Shown here in pieces: positions 20,362 through 31,240 of a DNA stretch of 58,128 bases. Every line of letters starts with the position of its first letter. The stretch's first letter is position 1. The stretch comes from a bacterium (GTDB taxonomy: Bacteria > Chloroflexota > Dormibacteria > Aeolococcales > Aeolococcaceae): positions 66 to 58,193 of the forward strand of contig JAJZLL010000041.1 of the NCBI GenBank assembly GCA_021803465.1, read 5' to 3'. The position numbers and the translations under genes were made by a program. Under the pieces are notes generated by a model that saw only the letters and a list, made by a program, of their open reading frames with translations, did no database searches and was not told where the DNA came from.

Positions 20362-23190
20362 GTGGCACACGATGTGATCGTTGTTCGCGGTGCTCGTGAA
20401 CACAATCTCAAGAATTTCGATCTCACCCTCCCTCGTGACCAGCTCATAGTGGTGACAGGGGTCAGTGGAAGCGGGAAGTCCACCCTCGCCTTCGACACGA
20501 TCTATGCGGAAGGCCAGCGCCGGTATGTCGAATCACTCAGCGCATACGCCAGACAGTTCCTCGGACTCATGGAGAAACCCGATGTCGACCACATTGAGGG
20601 GCTGAGTCCAGCCATCAGCATTGACCAGAAGGGCACAAGCAGGAATCCGAGGTCGACTGTGGGCACTGTCACGGAGATCTATGACTATCTCCGTCTTCTG
20701 TACGCGCGGATAGGGATTGTCCACTGTCCCAACTGTGGACGGGTCATTACGCGGCAGTCCATCGACCAGATTGTTGATCTAGTACTCGGCATGGGGGAAG
20801 GAGCACGACTCATGATTGCTGCTCCTGTCGTGCAGGGCAGGAAGGGAGAGCACAAGGACGTGCTGCAGTCTGCCCGTGTCTCCGGCTACGCGCGCGCACG
20901 GATCGACGGTTCCATGTACGATCTTGCGGAAACAATCGATCTCGACAAGAATCTCCGCCACACTGTCGACATCATCATTGACCGAATCGCTGTCGATCCG
21001 GAGGAGAGAGCACGCCTTGCAGATTCCCTTGAACAGGCTTCACAGCTCGGCCGTGGAGTTGTGCGCCTCATACCTGCGGAAGGCGGGGGGGAAGACCAGC
21101 TACTGAGCCTGTCGTATGGCTGCCCTGTGTGTGGCATCACAGTCGAAGAACCACAGCCACGCCACTTTTCCTTCAACAGTCCCTTTGGCGCATGTCCGGA
21201 CTGCACAGGCCTTGGGCTGTCCATGGAAATCGATCCAGAGGCACTCATTGCGGACCCCTCGCTCACCCTGGAGGAGGGTGTGCTCACGAAGTGGCTTCCT
21301 GGTGGTCCGATGTCGTTCTGGCTTGCTGACACTGTCAAGTATTGGGCAACCATTCTCGACATTCCACGGGATGTCCCGTGGGAGAAGCTTCCCCTCGAAC
21401 AGCAGCAGGCGCTGCTCCTGGGAGGCGATGCAGTGGTGAAGAAAAGGAGGCACGGATGGCATGCGTCCTCGACTGCGGAAGGGCTTATTCCCTACCTTGA
21501 GAACCGGTATCGCACCTCGGATTCGGACTGGGTCAAGGAGGAGATCACGAAGCTCATGATGCAGAAACCTTGCCCCACATGCAAGGGTGAGCGGCTGAAA
21601 CCCGAGTTTCGGGCAGTGACAGTTGGTTCGCTTGGCATCATTTCCCTGACACGGCTTTCCATTGCCGATGCTCTCCAGTGGGTTGATGAGCTTGTCCTTG
21701 ACGAGCGTGAGTCACTCATTGCCCACAACATCCGCAAGGAGCTCCTTGAACGGCTTGGTTTCCTCAATGCGGTTGGCCTCGACTACCTCACACTCGACCG
21801 GTCGGCAACGACGCTCAGTGGTGGGGAAGCACAGCGCATCAGGCTTGCGACCCAGATCGGGAGCAAGCTTATGGGTGTGCTCTATGTGCTTGATGAACCA
21901 AGCATCGGCCTCCACCAGAAGGACAACCACAAGCTCATTGAGACACTCCAGATGCTCCGTGATCTGGGAAACACGCTCATTGTTGTTGAGCATGATGAGG
22001 AGACGATGCGTGCCTCGGACTTTCTGGTCGACATGGGGCCAGGAGCTGGCCGGCATGGAGGGGAGATCGTCGTTGCAGGGACCATTGACGATGTGATGTG
22101 CCATCCGGCAAGTCTCACTGGCCAGTACCTGAGAGGGGACCTTGCCATACCAGTTCCTGCAATCCGCCGTTCCGGCAACGGGGACGCCCTCATCATCCGT
22201 GACGCATCGGCCCACAACCTGAAGCACATTGATGTGGAGATACCGCTCGGGTGCTTCGTTGGCGTTGCAGGTGTGAGCGGGAGTGGTAAGAGCACCCTCA
22301 TCAACGACATCCTCTATGCATCCCTTGCCAAAACTCTCCATCGGGCGAGAACCAAGCCTGGAGCCCACGGGGATATCGAGGGAGTGGGAGCAATTGACAA
22401 GGTCATCAACGTTGACCAGTCACCAATTGGCAGGACACCACGAAGCAATCCCGCAACATATGTCGGTGTCTTTACAGACATTCGCGAACTGTTCGCGAAG
22501 CTTCCTGAGGCGAAGATCCGGGGATACAAGCCAGGACGCTTCTCCTTCAATGTGAAGGGGGGCAGATGCGAAGCCTGCCAGGGGGATGGAGTCATAAAGA
22601 TCGAGATGCATTTTCTTCCGGATATCTACGTCCCCTGCGAAGTCTGCCAGGGGAAGAGGTACAACCACGAGGCGCTTCAGGTGCAGTTCCAGGGACATAC
22701 CATTGCCGATGTGCTGGGCATGACCATTGATGAGGCTCTCGCAATCTTTGCCCACCAGCCGAAGATCGTGCGCAAGCTGAAGACCATTTCGGAAGTCGGC
22801 CTTGGGTACATCACCCTTGGCCAGGCTGCAACCCAGCTGAGCGGTGGGGAAGCGCAGCGGGTTAAGCTGAGTTCGGAACTCAGCAGACGGGATACTGGCA
22901 GGACAGTGTACATCCTTGATGAGCCAACGACTGGACTGCACTTTGCCGATGTGGACAAGCTCCTTGCTGTATTGCACCGGCTCGTCGATGCGGGGAACAC
23001 TGTGATTGTCATCGAGCACAATCTCGATGTGCTCAAGACTGCAGACCATCTCATAGAGCTTGGGCCGGCTGGTGGTGACAAGGGAGGAGCCGTGATTGCA
23101 GCTGGAACTCCCGAGGAGATACTGGATAACCCTGCCAGTGTGACTGGCCCATACCTCCGTGATCTCGTGAGGCGAGCAGTTCACGCCTAG
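20362..23190 (+). CDS. uvrA: excinuclease ABC subunit A
   Basis: GAREHNLK, two Walker A motifs (GVSGSGKS), two LSGGEAQR, zinc fingers, [12 protein letters not shown]. Confidence 0.98.
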   Translation: MAHDVIVVRGAREHNLKNFDLTLPRDQLIVVTGVSGSGKSTLAFDTIYAEGQRRYVESLSAYARQFLGLMEKPDVDHIEGLSPAISIDQKGTSRNPRSTVGTVTEIYDYLRLLYARIGIVHCPNCGRVITRQSIDQIVDLVLGMGEGARLMIAAPVVQGRKGEHKDVLQSARVSGYARARIDGSMYDLAETIDLDKNLRHTVDIIIDRIAVDPEERARLADSLEQASQLGRGVVRLIPAEGGGEDQLLSLSYGCPVCGITVEEPQPRHFSFNSPFGACPDCTGLGLSMEIDPEALIADPSLTLEEGVLTKWLPGGPMSFWLADTVKYWATILDIPRDVPWEKLPLEQQQALLLGGDAVVKKRRHGWHASSTAEGLIPYLENRYRTSDSDWVKEEITKLMMQKPCPTCKGERLKPEFRAVTVGSLGIISLTRLSIADALQWVDELVLDERESLIAHNIRKELLERLGFLNAVGLDYLTLDRSATTLSGGEAQRIRLATQIGSKLMGVLYVLDEPSIGLHQKDNHKLIETLQMLRDLGNTLIVVEHDEETMRASDFLVDMGPGAGRHGGEIVVAGTIDDVMCHPASLTGQYLRGDLAIPVPAIRRSGNGDALIIRDASAHNLKHIDVEIPLGCFVGVAGVSGSGKSTLINDILYASLAKTLHRARTKPGAHGDIEGVGAIDKVINVDQSPIGRTPRSNPATYVGVFTDIRELFAKLPEAKIRGYKPGRFSFNVKGGRCEACQGDGVIKIEMHFLPDIYVPCEVCQGKRYNHEALQVQFQGHTIADVLGMTIDEALAIFAHQPKIVRKLKTISEVGLGYITLGQAATQLSGGEAQRVKLSSELSRRDTGRTVYILDEPTTGLHFADVDKLLAVLHRLVDAGNTVIVIEHNLDVLKTADHLIELGPAGGDKGGAVIAAGTPEEILDNPASVTGPYLRDLVRRAVHA

Positions 23191-23272
23191 GCAGCTCGAC
23201 AGACCGGGATGCAGGAGCGATACACTGAGCGGGAAGGGGTTGGTAGCAACCGGGTGTGATGGAGGATCGGAA

Positions 23273-23434
23273 ATGACGATGACTGCTGAACAGCTGTGGA
23301 ATGGCGTGGAATTTGGTGAACTCTGCATGACATATGGAGGCTGCGCAGAGAACGACACGGTAGTTGCTGACGACATTGATGTCTTCGGATTCAATGTTCT
23401 TGTGACAGCTGCACACGAGGCATCGCAGAACTAG
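23273..23434 (+). CDS. small acidic hypothetical protein (53 aa)
   Basis: GGAGG at 23261-23265 before ATG 23273; TACACT at 23221-23226; MTMTAEQLWNGVEFGELCMTYGGC... Confidence 0.55.
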   Translation: MTMTAEQLWNGVEFGELCMTYGGCAENDTVVADDIDVFGFNVLVTAAHEASQN

Positions 23435-23485
23435 GACGCTGGTGAAGTATTCAACTCCTTTCATTTGCGTTACTCTATTCATGCG

Positions 23486-23788
23486 ATGATGTATCAATAC
23501 GGGTCCGACCAGGAAGAACGGCGCATACGCCTGCGTCGTCTGGATGACTGCCTCACAGTGCTTGAACAGGCGCATGAGAACAATCTCACCCATGTGTCAC
23601 AGCTCATGGCGGAACTCGTTAGTGAGCGCGTTCCCACCATCTATGAGGGAATGCTCATCTCAGAGGCAATCGAAGAGGTGCTGCATCAGCAGGAGCCGTA
23701 CATGACGCAGATCCGGCCCGAGACGAACAAGCGTGTTCGGAGGCGCCGGGATCCGTTTGACATCAGAATGCTGCTCTACAGGCGGTGA
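23486..23788 (+). CDS. hypothetical helical protein (about 100 aa)
   Basis: ORF 23465..23788 with ATG at 23486; amphipathic helix pattern (LRRLDDCLTVLEQAHE), Arg-rich C-terminus. Confidence 0.65.
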   Translation: MMYQYGSDQEERRIRLRRLDDCLTVLEQAHENNLTHVSQLMAELVSERVPTIYEGMLISEAIEEVLHQQEPYMTQIRPETNKRVRRRRDPFDIRMLLYRR

Positions 23789-23827
23789 TGCACATCGTTC
23801 CCACTGCGGGAGATGAGCGGAGACCGG

Positions 23828-23833
23828 TAGACT
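23828..23833 (+). promoter_or_regulatory. -10 element TAGACT; probable leaderless promoter of the UPF0182 gene
   Basis: TAGACT ends 7 nt before ATG 23841; same TAGACTtc context as at ftsH; no SD. Confidence 0.5.
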
Positions 23834-23840
23834 TCAGTGT

Positions 23841-26834
23841 ATGGGAAATGATGATCTCAACATTGACGATCTGTTCAATCGGCTTCGGAAGCGACCGCGC
23901 GTAGTGAAACGCAGCACGTGGAAAGGGAGACTATGGCTCTGGGGCATCATTGCCCTCGTTATTGTTCTCCTGTACAGCATCAGGTCGCTTTCCAGTCTCT
24001 ACATGTCGTACCTGTTCTATGCGAGCGTGCACCACACAAATGTGTTCTGGACACCGTTCTGGACACAGGTGGTGCTGTTTTTCATTGGCGCGATCCTTGG
24101 TGGGGGCATCATGCTCCTCTCCTCGCGGAACTGGGTGCGGTCTGCAGGCAGCCTCGATGTGCATGGTGAGAAGTGGGCATCGAGGCTGCGCTGGATCGTC
24201 ATTGCGCTTGTTGCAGTGATCATAGGAAGTGTCGCCTCAAGCATCTGGCAGGATGTCCTCCTGTGGCTCCACGGCCATCCATTCCCCACTTCGGATCCAT
24301 ATTTCCACCTCAATGATGGATTCTTTGTCTACGACCTTCCGTTCATTGATGACTGCGCAGGCATTGCATGGCTGCTCCTCGTTCTAGACAGCCTTGTCAC
24401 AGGTGCGCTCTGGATATTTCTCACTGCAGCGGACGCTAACCCCACAGAGTTTCCCATCCATTTCATCCGTCCTGAAAAGCCGACGCTTGAGTATGGAAGG
24501 CGCGTACTCGCCCGACACGCCCTCGTTCTCCTTGCTGTGTTCTTCCTCCTTGCTGCAGCAGGATCCTATACAGGGATGCTCCATCTCGCAACAAGCTCTA
24601 ACGGTGATTTCATTGGGCTCGATGCGACTGACCGCAATGTGCTCCAGCCAATGCTTGTCACCTGCATGGTGATTGCGGCAGCAGGAGCCATTGCGAGCAT
24701 TGTACTCAGGTTGCGGTCAAAGAGCAGCTCTTCGCGCAGAGTGCTCCTTCTGATTGGGGGAACAGTGGGGGGATGGCTGGTCGTGGCAGGACTTCTTCAG
24801 GTTGCCCCGGAAGCCATCTATGCCAATGTCGTGGTGAATCCGAATGCCCAGCAGATGCAGACACCTGCCATCAATGCGTACCTCACCTCGAGCCGGGAGG
24901 CATGGGGACTTGAACCTGGACGGGACGTGGCAGTCAAGCCATTCGGCAGTGTGCACGCGCCAACTCTTGCGGATCTCGCAGCAGATCCGGGCACGCTCAA
25001 CAATGTCCGCATTGTCGATGCGACCCAGCTTCCTGACGTCCTCCAGCAGACGGAGAGGAGCCGAAGCTATCAGACCTTCCCCACAATAACAGTGGACCGC
25101 TACACTCTGCCAGACGGCAGCAAGGAGGAGGTCATGATTGCTCCGCGTGAAATTGCGGAGCAGGATCTGCCCAGCCAGACTTTCATCAACCAGGCGCTCC
25201 ATTACACCAATGGCTATGGGATCGTGGCTCTCTCAGTGAACCAGACAGGCCAGGAGGGAAAGCCGTATGAGCTGGTCGGGGGACAGCCGCAGGCTGCCAT
25301 TGCACCTCAGTCCCAGGTTCCTCCAGACCTGCTCTTCAGGGGAAATCCCTCAGCGGATCCCCGCATTTACTGCGGTCTCTCTACGACACAGCCAGTAGTG
25401 GTCAACACGAAGGAACCTGAGTTCATCTATCCCTCAGGGAGCGGAGAGCTCACTGCGAGCGGTGCTGGAGCTGGCATGAACGGCATTCCGCTCACCAGTC
25501 CCCTCACGAAATTTGCTGCCTCAGTCTCGCAGTTTGGGGGATTGAACCTCTTCTTCACGGACCAGCTCACAGGAAAGAGTCTTCTGCTCATGCATCGCCA
25601 GATACAGAACCGGCTCAACACGATCGCACCGTTTGTCACGCTTGACAGTAGTCCGTACATCGTTGCGGATCCAGCAACAGGCCACCTCGTCTACATTGTC
25701 GATGGATACCTCACATCATCAAACTTCCCCGAGTCATACCAGCTTGGGAACGGCGTCTCCTACATGCGGAACGCAGTGAAGGCCGTCATCGATGCGAAGA
25801 CATGCCAGACCACTTTGTATGCTGTGGATCCCTCCGAGCCGCTGACTGCCACCTATGAGGCGATCTATCCTGGAATCTTCAAGCCCCTCAGCGCGCTTCC
25901 CACGTACCTCAGGGCGCATCTCCGCTATCCTAAGGATCTCTTCCGCGACCAGGCTCAGGTGTACACGACAGTCCATTCCCAGAATGCTGCCGTCTTCTTC
26001 AATCGTGCGGACTTCTACCAGCTTTCCCAGGAGATAGTGAACGGGGTCCAGCAGGCAACGCAGTCGTACTACGTCGAGATGACGATTCCTGGAGCGTCAA
26101 CCAACCAGTTCGTGCTGCTGCAGACGTTCACTCCTGCATCGAACGGCAGTGGGGGACAGGCGAACAACATGACAGCCATGCTTGTTGCGACATGCAACTA
26201 CATGAACACGAGCCATCCAAAGCTTGTATCCATACCGCTCAACAATGCGGACAACGTCCTTGGACCACTCCAGTTTGACAACAACATCAACACTGATCCA
26301 GCCATCAGTGAGCAGATCACCCTCCTCGGCCAGCATGGCTCCCAGGTCCTTCTTGGCAATGTCATTGTCCTTCCATTCAACACGGATTCCTTCCTCTATG
26401 TACGTCCGCTGTATGTCATTGCTCAGGGATCGAATGGTTCTTCAAGCTTTCCGCAATTGCGGGACGTCATTGTGGGTACACAGAACAACGTGGCAATGGG
26501 CTCGACATTCTCATCGGCACTGCAGCAGTTGTTCAACACCCAGTCGGCCATTCCGGGACTCAAGTCAGTAGTAGTGGGCACATCCCCATCACCAACCGTA
26601 CAGCCGTCAGGCAGTCCAACACCAATACCAACACCAACACCAACACCAGCTACACCTTCGGGAGGAACAGTGCTCACTCCCAAGGAGCAGGCACTCCTCA
26701 CGGATCTTCTGCAGAATGAAGCAGCAGCAGCAAACGCGTTCAAACAGGGTGATTTCGCTGCATACGGTCAGGCTGAGGCGAAGGTGCAGAGTGATGCGCA
26801 GCAGCTGCAGCAGTTATTGGGCCAAGCACCCTAG
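23841..26834 (+). CDS. UPF0182 family membrane protein
   Basis: N-terminal multi-TM region with DPYF..D.GFFVYDLPF; TLNNVRI.D, VDRY, YTNGYG, PRIY, YMRNAVKAVIDA, HLRYP.DLF; C-terminal PT linker and GDFAAYG. Confidence 0.92.
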   Translation: MGNDDLNIDDLFNRLRKRPRVVKRSTWKGRLWLWGIIALVIVLLYSIRSLSSLYMSYLFYASVHHTNVFWTPFWTQVVLFFIGAILGGGIMLLSSRNWVRSAGSLDVHGEKWASRLRWIVIALVAVIIGSVASSIWQDVLLWLHGHPFPTSDPYFHLNDGFFVYDLPFIDDCAGIAWLLLVLDSLVTGALWIFLTAADANPTEFPIHFIRPEKPTLEYGRRVLARHALVLLAVFFLLAAAGSYTGMLHLATSSNGDFIGLDATDRNVLQPMLVTCMVIAAAGAIASIVLRLRSKSSSSRRVLLLIGGTVGGWLVVAGLLQVAPEAIYANVVVNPNAQQMQTPAINAYLTSSREAWGLEPGRDVAVKPFGSVHAPTLADLAADPGTLNNVRIVDATQLPDVLQQTERSRSYQTFPTITVDRYTLPDGSKEEVMIAPREIAEQDLPSQTFINQALHYTNGYGIVALSVNQTGQEGKPYELVGGQPQAAIAPQSQVPPDLLFRGNPSADPRIYCGLSTTQPVVVNTKEPEFIYPSGSGELTASGAGAGMNGIPLTSPLTKFAASVSQFGGLNLFFTDQLTGKSLLLMHRQIQNRLNTIAPFVTLDSSPYIVADPATGHLVYIVDGYLTSSNFPESYQLGNGVSYMRNAVKAVIDAKTCQTTLYAVDPSEPLTATYEAIYPGIFKPLSALPTYLRAHLRYPKDLFRDQAQVYTTVHSQNAAVFFNRADFYQLSQEIVNGVQQATQSYYVEMTIPGASTNQFVLLQTFTPASNGSGGQANNMTAMLVATCNYMNTSHPKLVSIPLNNADNVLGPLQFDNNINTDPAISEQITLLGQHGSQVLLGNVIVLPFNTDSFLYVRPLYVIAQGSNGSSSFPQLRDVIVGTQNNVAMGSTFSSALQQLFNTQSAIPGLKSVVVGTSPSPTVQPSGSPTPIPTPTPTPATPSGGTVLTPKEQALLTDLLQNEAAAANAFKQGDFAAYGQAEAKVQSDAQQLQQLLGQAP

Positions 26835-26845
26835 AGGAGAACTTC

Positions 26846-27781
26846 GTGGAGTACATTGCACCTCACATCCGCCAGCTCGACACGCTTCTCGCTGGGAAGT
26901 CGCACATCTCGGCAAGTTTCCTCATTGAGGGAGACGAACCTGCACTTGTCGAAGCGGGAGCGCAGAGCAGTGCACGCACTGTAATCGATGCGCTGCAGGC
27001 TATTGGCATTGGTCCAGAAGATCTCCGCTGGGTCATTGTCACCCATGTTCATCTTGACCATGCTGGAGCAGCTGGAGACCTCCTAGCTGCCTTTCCGAAG
27101 GCGAAAGTCGTTGTGCATGAGGTTGGAGCACGTCATCTTGTGGATCCGACGAGGCTTGTTGACAGCGCCTCTCGGGTATACGGTCCACTACTCGACACGG
27201 TGTACGGGAGGATGACGCCGTCGGACAGGGACCGTGTCGTTCCTGCAGCCGATGGCATGGAAATAGCAGTGGGACCTGGACACAAAGTCCGCATCATCCA
27301 TTCTCCAGGCCACGCGAAGCACCATCTTGCTGTGCTGGACCTTCCAACTGGAACCTTGCTGGTGGGAGATGCTGTTGGTGTCCTTATTCCTGAAGTGGGC
27401 ATTCTTCGCCCTGCAACTCCTCCGCCCGACTTCAATCTGGAGCAGTCAATCAGGAGCCTTGGCATCTTCCGTTCCCTCAATCCCACAGATGTCGTGCTCA
27501 CACACTATGGTCCAGTTCCCGATCCGATGGAGACACTTCTCGCAGCCGAGGGACTCCTCGTACAATGGGTGGATGTTGCAAAGATGGAGTTGCAGCAAAA
27601 CCCTGATGCCACAGTGCAGGAACTGGCCCATGTGTTCGAAGTCGCCTTCCGTGATGTCTATAAGGAGATCGCTCCCGAGGACCTCTCCATGTTCGAGCTC
27701 CTCAATGGTCTCGAAAGCAATGCAGCGGGAATTTCCCGGTACCTCACCCTCCAGCAGGATGCTCACGTGGGGGGACGGTAG
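26846..27781 (+). CDS. MBL-fold metallo-hydrolase (metal motifs intact)
   Basis: THVHLDHAG, SPGHAKHH, VGDA, THYG. Confidence 0.92.
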   Translation: MEYIAPHIRQLDTLLAGKSHISASFLIEGDEPALVEAGAQSSARTVIDALQAIGIGPEDLRWVIVTHVHLDHAGAAGDLLAAFPKAKVVVHEVGARHLVDPTRLVDSASRVYGPLLDTVYGRMTPSDRDRVVPAADGMEIAVGPGHKVRIIHSPGHAKHHLAVLDLPTGTLLVGDAVGVLIPEVGILRPATPPPDFNLEQSIRSLGIFRSLNPTDVVLTHYGPVPDPMETLLAAEGLLVQWVDVAKMELQQNPDATVQELAHVFEVAFRDVYKEIAPEDLSMFELLNGLESNAAGISRYLTLQQDAHVGGR

Positions 27782-27787
27782 TCACGC

Positions 27788-28873
27788 ATGACTGAGGCAA
27801 CTGGGTGGATGCTGACACCAAAACGCCTTCTTGCGCTTGGGGTCCTTGTGGTGGTGCTGAGTCTCCTCGCAGGAGGAGGCAGCGCCTGGGTGATCGCAAA
27901 TGCCTCTTCGGGAAGCCCAGTGCAGTACTTCGGTGCGACAACCTCACAGAACTCTTCAAGCGCAGGCACACTTGTGCCGTCAAGTGTCACGCAGGCAGAG
28001 GCTTCCGTTGTCACCATTGAGACCCAGCCACAGACCCTCCAGATGTTCCTCAGCGGAAACACTTCGGGGATTGTGCATGGTTTCATTGCCACAGACAGCG
28101 GCATAGTCATCACCTCAAGTTCCGCAGTGTACGGGGCCACCATGCTTCGCGTCATCACCACAGCTGGCCAGTCATACGATGCAACGCTTCTCGCCACGGA
28201 TGCGAGTGCAGGCATCGTCGCACTCCAGCTGTCCACTACTCCCACTGCAGTGCCTCTTGGCATTGCTGGCCAGGCTGCCGCATCAGGCACTGCAGGGTAT
28301 GTGCTGTACCCATCCGAAGCGCAGTCGCAGGTGACAGCTGTTGGGGCAGTGCAGACAGTCGGGGAGCAGGAAAGCTTCCATGGCCAGTCAGTCAGCGGTG
28401 TGGGCGTGCTTGGTACGCAGACACTTGGAACTGCTGATGGTGTTCCTGTTCTGGACAGTGCAGGAAACGTGCTGGGTGTCGTGTTTGCCAATTTTGATGC
28501 ACCGACAATCGGTGCAGGGCTGCCCTTTGTCGGAAGTGGTGTGCTTGCACATTTCATCAATTCTCTCAATGGATCGGGAGCGCAGCAGAGCGCATCGTTC
28601 GGAACGACTTCCGTTCCCGTTACGCCCACCCTGGGTGCCCTTCTGGATCTCCCCTCCGGAGCGCTCATCACTTCAGTGGAAGCAAGCGGATGTGGAGCAG
28701 CTGCTGGACTCCATGTTGGCGATGTTGTCCAGTCAGTGAACGGCGTGGACATTGGCGGGCCAGTACTGTTCGATGCTGCGCGGCTCGGACTCGCACCTGG
28801 CTCGACAGCAAACATCAGATTTGTGCGGGAAGGCGCTTTGCAGCAGGCATCATGCGTGGTGAACACGCAATAG
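27788..28873 (+). CDS. membrane-anchored HtrA/DegP-like (trypsin-like + PDZ) protein lacking the catalytic triad
   Basis: N-terminal TM; SVVTI, GFI....G.VITSSSAV, ATLLATD...GIVALQL, ADGVPVLDSAGNVLGV; PDZ GALITSV...AAAGLHVGDVV.SVNG. Confidence 0.82.
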   Translation: MTEATGWMLTPKRLLALGVLVVVLSLLAGGGSAWVIANASSGSPVQYFGATTSQNSSSAGTLVPSSVTQAEASVVTIETQPQTLQMFLSGNTSGIVHGFIATDSGIVITSSSAVYGATMLRVITTAGQSYDATLLATDASAGIVALQLSTTPTAVPLGIAGQAAASGTAGYVLYPSEAQSQVTAVGAVQTVGEQESFHGQSVSGVGVLGTQTLGTADGVPVLDSAGNVLGVVFANFDAPTIGAGLPFVGSGVLAHFINSLNGSGAQQSASFGTTSVPVTPTLGALLDLPSGALITSVEASGCGAAAGLHVGDVVQSVNGVDIGGPVLFDAARLGLAPGSTANIRFVREGALQQASCVVNTQ

Positions 28874-28883
28874 GAGGTAAGAC

Positions 28884-29504
28884 ATGGAGATCGCGTATTA
28901 CGGCATGGGCTGTTTTCGCCTCAAGGGGAAGGAGCACAATGTTGTCCTCGATGTGACGGATGATCTCGTGCGAAAGCAGGTGACGAAGTCGGGTACCGTG
29001 TTCTTCGTCGATACAGATGGTCACTGCGATCCTGCAGCTCTGCGCAACCAGGAGGCTGGCACGCAGAGAGTGAGTGGAGCAGGAGAATTCGAAATAGGAG
29101 GAACTGAAGTCAAGGGCATCGCCTATGGTGGAACTACAGCAATGCTCGTGACGATCGATGATGTCCGATGCCTCACTCTTGGCGCTGCGGACAGCATTCC
29201 CGATGATGCAGTCATTGATGCCATTGGTCATGTGGATGTGCTCTTCATTCCCACAGGCGGCCATTCTGTCCTCGATGCGCCAGCTGCAGTGAGTGCCATC
29301 AGGGCAATCGAGCCAGCTGTCGTCATACCCATGCACTACCGGGCAGAGTCCGTTCCTGGGAGTGACGGCTACGATGAGCTTGATCATTTCTGCAAGGAGT
29401 TCGGACTTGAGGATGTGAATGCACTTGCGAAGGTGTCCATCTCTCCGAGTTCATCGCAGGAGGACGATGGTTCCACTGCAGTGATTCTCGAACCCCAGAG
29501 GTAG
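28884..29504 (+). CDS. MBL-fold (Lactamase_B_3-like) protein with degenerate metal motifs
   Basis: MEI.YYG..CFRLKGK, GAGEFEIGG, VDVLFIPTGG, IEP.VVIPMHY; HxHxDH replaced by DTDGH. GGAGG SD. Confidence 0.8.
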   Translation: MEIAYYGMGCFRLKGKEHNVVLDVTDDLVRKQVTKSGTVFFVDTDGHCDPAALRNQEAGTQRVSGAGEFEIGGTEVKGIAYGGTTAMLVTIDDVRCLTLGAADSIPDDAVIDAIGHVDVLFIPTGGHSVLDAPAAVSAIRAIEPAVVIPMHYRAESVPGSDGYDELDHFCKEFGLEDVNALAKVSISPSSSQEDDGSTAVILEPQR

Positions 29505-29569
29505 GGGAAGCGCCAGGAACGCATGGTACGATGATGGACGATGCAAACTGTACGGAGGGACTGTGAGCC

Positions 29570-31240
29570 ATGCCCAAGATCATCTTTGTGACAGGCGGCG
29601 TTGTCTCGTCCCTTGGCAAGGGCATCACTGCTGCGTCCATTGGAGCACTCCTCAAGGCGCGGGGACTCACTGTGAGCATGCAGAAGCTCGATCCCTACCT
29701 CAATGTTGACCCTGGGACGATGTCCCCCTACCAGCACGGCGAGGTGTTCGTGACTGATGATGGTGCTGAGACGGATCTCGATCTAGGACATTACGAGCGC
29801 TTTGTCGATGTGGCACTCACGAAACTCAGCAATGTCACTTCGGGAAAGATCTATGCTGCAGTGCTCGCGAAGGAGCGGAAGGGAGAGTATCTCGGTGGCA
29901 CAGTCCAGGTCATTCCCCACGTGACCAATGAGATCAAGGAGCGCATCCAGCTTGTTGCAAAGCAGGGCAATCCCGCACCGGATGTCGTCATCGTTGAAGT
30001 TGGAGGCACAGTGGGCGACATCGAGTCGCTTCCTTTTCTCGAGGCCATCCGCCAGCTGAAGAATGACATTGGCAGAGAGAACGTCTGCTATGTCCATCTC
30101 ACGCTTGTGCCATACATCAGCACAAGCGAGGAGTTCAAGAGCAAGCCTACGCAGCACAGTGTCAACGAACTCAGGAGCATTGGCATCCAGCCAGACATCA
30201 TTGTCGCGCGAAGCACGACTGCGATAGACGATTCCATCAGGGAGAAGATCGCACTCTTTGGCGATGTGGAAAAGCGTGCTGTCATCAATGTTCCCGATGC
30301 GCGTTCCATCTACCATGTTCCCCTCATGCTCAAGGAGGCTGGGCTCGATACGTTCCTTGTGGAGCATCTCCATCTTCCGGAGGGAACGACTGACATCACC
30401 AACTGGGTGCAGCTCTGCGAGCGGATTGACCACCACGACACCACAGTCCGCATTGGCATCGTGGGAAAGTATGTGGCGCTTCCCGATGCCTATGTGAGCG
30501 TGACGGAATCACTCAGGCATGCGTCTCTTGCAGCAGGAGTGGATCTCGACATCGTCTGGGTGAGTGCGGAAGATGTGGAGAAAGGAGCGTTCGATCTTGG
30601 AACGCTCGATGGCATCGTTGTTCCGGGAGGCTTTGATGGCCGAGGTGTGGAAGGGAAGATTGCAGCTTCCCGGTTCGCCCGGCATCATGGGCTTCCATAC
30701 CTTGGCCTGTGCCTTGGGATGCAGTGCGCAGTCATCGACATCGCGCGGGAAGCGCTGGAGGCACCGGACGCGAACTCCACTGAGTTTGACTCTGAGACAG
30801 GCAATCCTGTCATAGATCTCCTGCCAGAGCAGAAGACCATCTCGGACAAGGGAGGCACGATGCGCCTGGGAGCGTACCCTTGCCACCTCGTACCCGGGAG
30901 CCATGCGGCAGAAGCCTACAGCACTGATGTGGTGTATGAGCGCCATCGGCACCGGTACGAATTCAACAATGCGTACAGGAAGGCACTGGAAGAGGCGGGA
31001 GTCGTAATGAGTGGGCTTTCTCCAAATGGCAATCTTGTCGAGATCATTGAACTGCCTGCACATCCATTCTTCCTTGGCACGCAGTTCCATCCTGAGTTTC
31101 GTTCCCGGCCACATCGGCCCCATCCGCTCTTTCGCGCATTCATCGATGCAGCGAACGTTCGTGAGCATGAACGCACTGGGGATGCTGGTTCACAAACTGG
31201 ACACGGTAAACCTGAACGGACGGCAACTCGGAAGGCATGA
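29570..31240 (+). CDS. pyrG: CTP synthase
   Basis: [53 protein letters not shown]. Confidence 0.98.
   Translation: MPKIIFVTGGVVSSLGKGITAASIGALLKARGLTVSMQKLDPYLNVDPGTMSPYQHGEVFVTDDGAETDLDLGHYERFVDVALTKLSNVTSGKIYAAVLAKERKGEYLGGTVQVIPHVTNEIKERIQLVAKQGNPAPDVVIVEVGGTVGDIESLPFLEAIRQLKNDIGRENVCYVHLTLVPYISTSEEFKSKPTQHSVNELRSIGIQPDIIVARSTTAIDDSIREKIALFGDVEKRAVINVPDARSIYHVPLMLKEAGLDTFLVEHLHLPEGTTDITNWVQLCERIDHHDTTVRIGIVGKYVALPDAYVSVTESLRHASLAAGVDLDIVWVSAEDVEKGAFDLGTLDGIVVPGGFDGRGVEGKIAASRFARHHGLPYLGLCLGMQCAVIDIAREALEAPDANSTEFDSETGNPVIDLLPEQKTISDKGGTMRLGAYPCHLVPGSHAAEAYSTDVVYERHRHRYEFNNAYRKALEEAGVVMSGLSPNGNLVEIIELPAHPFFLGTQFHPEFRSRPHRPHPLFRAFIDAANVREHERTGDAGSQTGHGKPERTATRKA

Noticed and set aside
26620-26650. 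ccaaca tandem repeats in the UPF0182 gene
   Set aside because: Ordinary Pro/Thr linker.
27763-28866. 367-aa antisense ORF (likewise 31140..32192, 33426..34643, 22420..23394, 55869..56912)
   Set aside because: Shadow ORFs opposite well-supported genes; no recognisable motifs.
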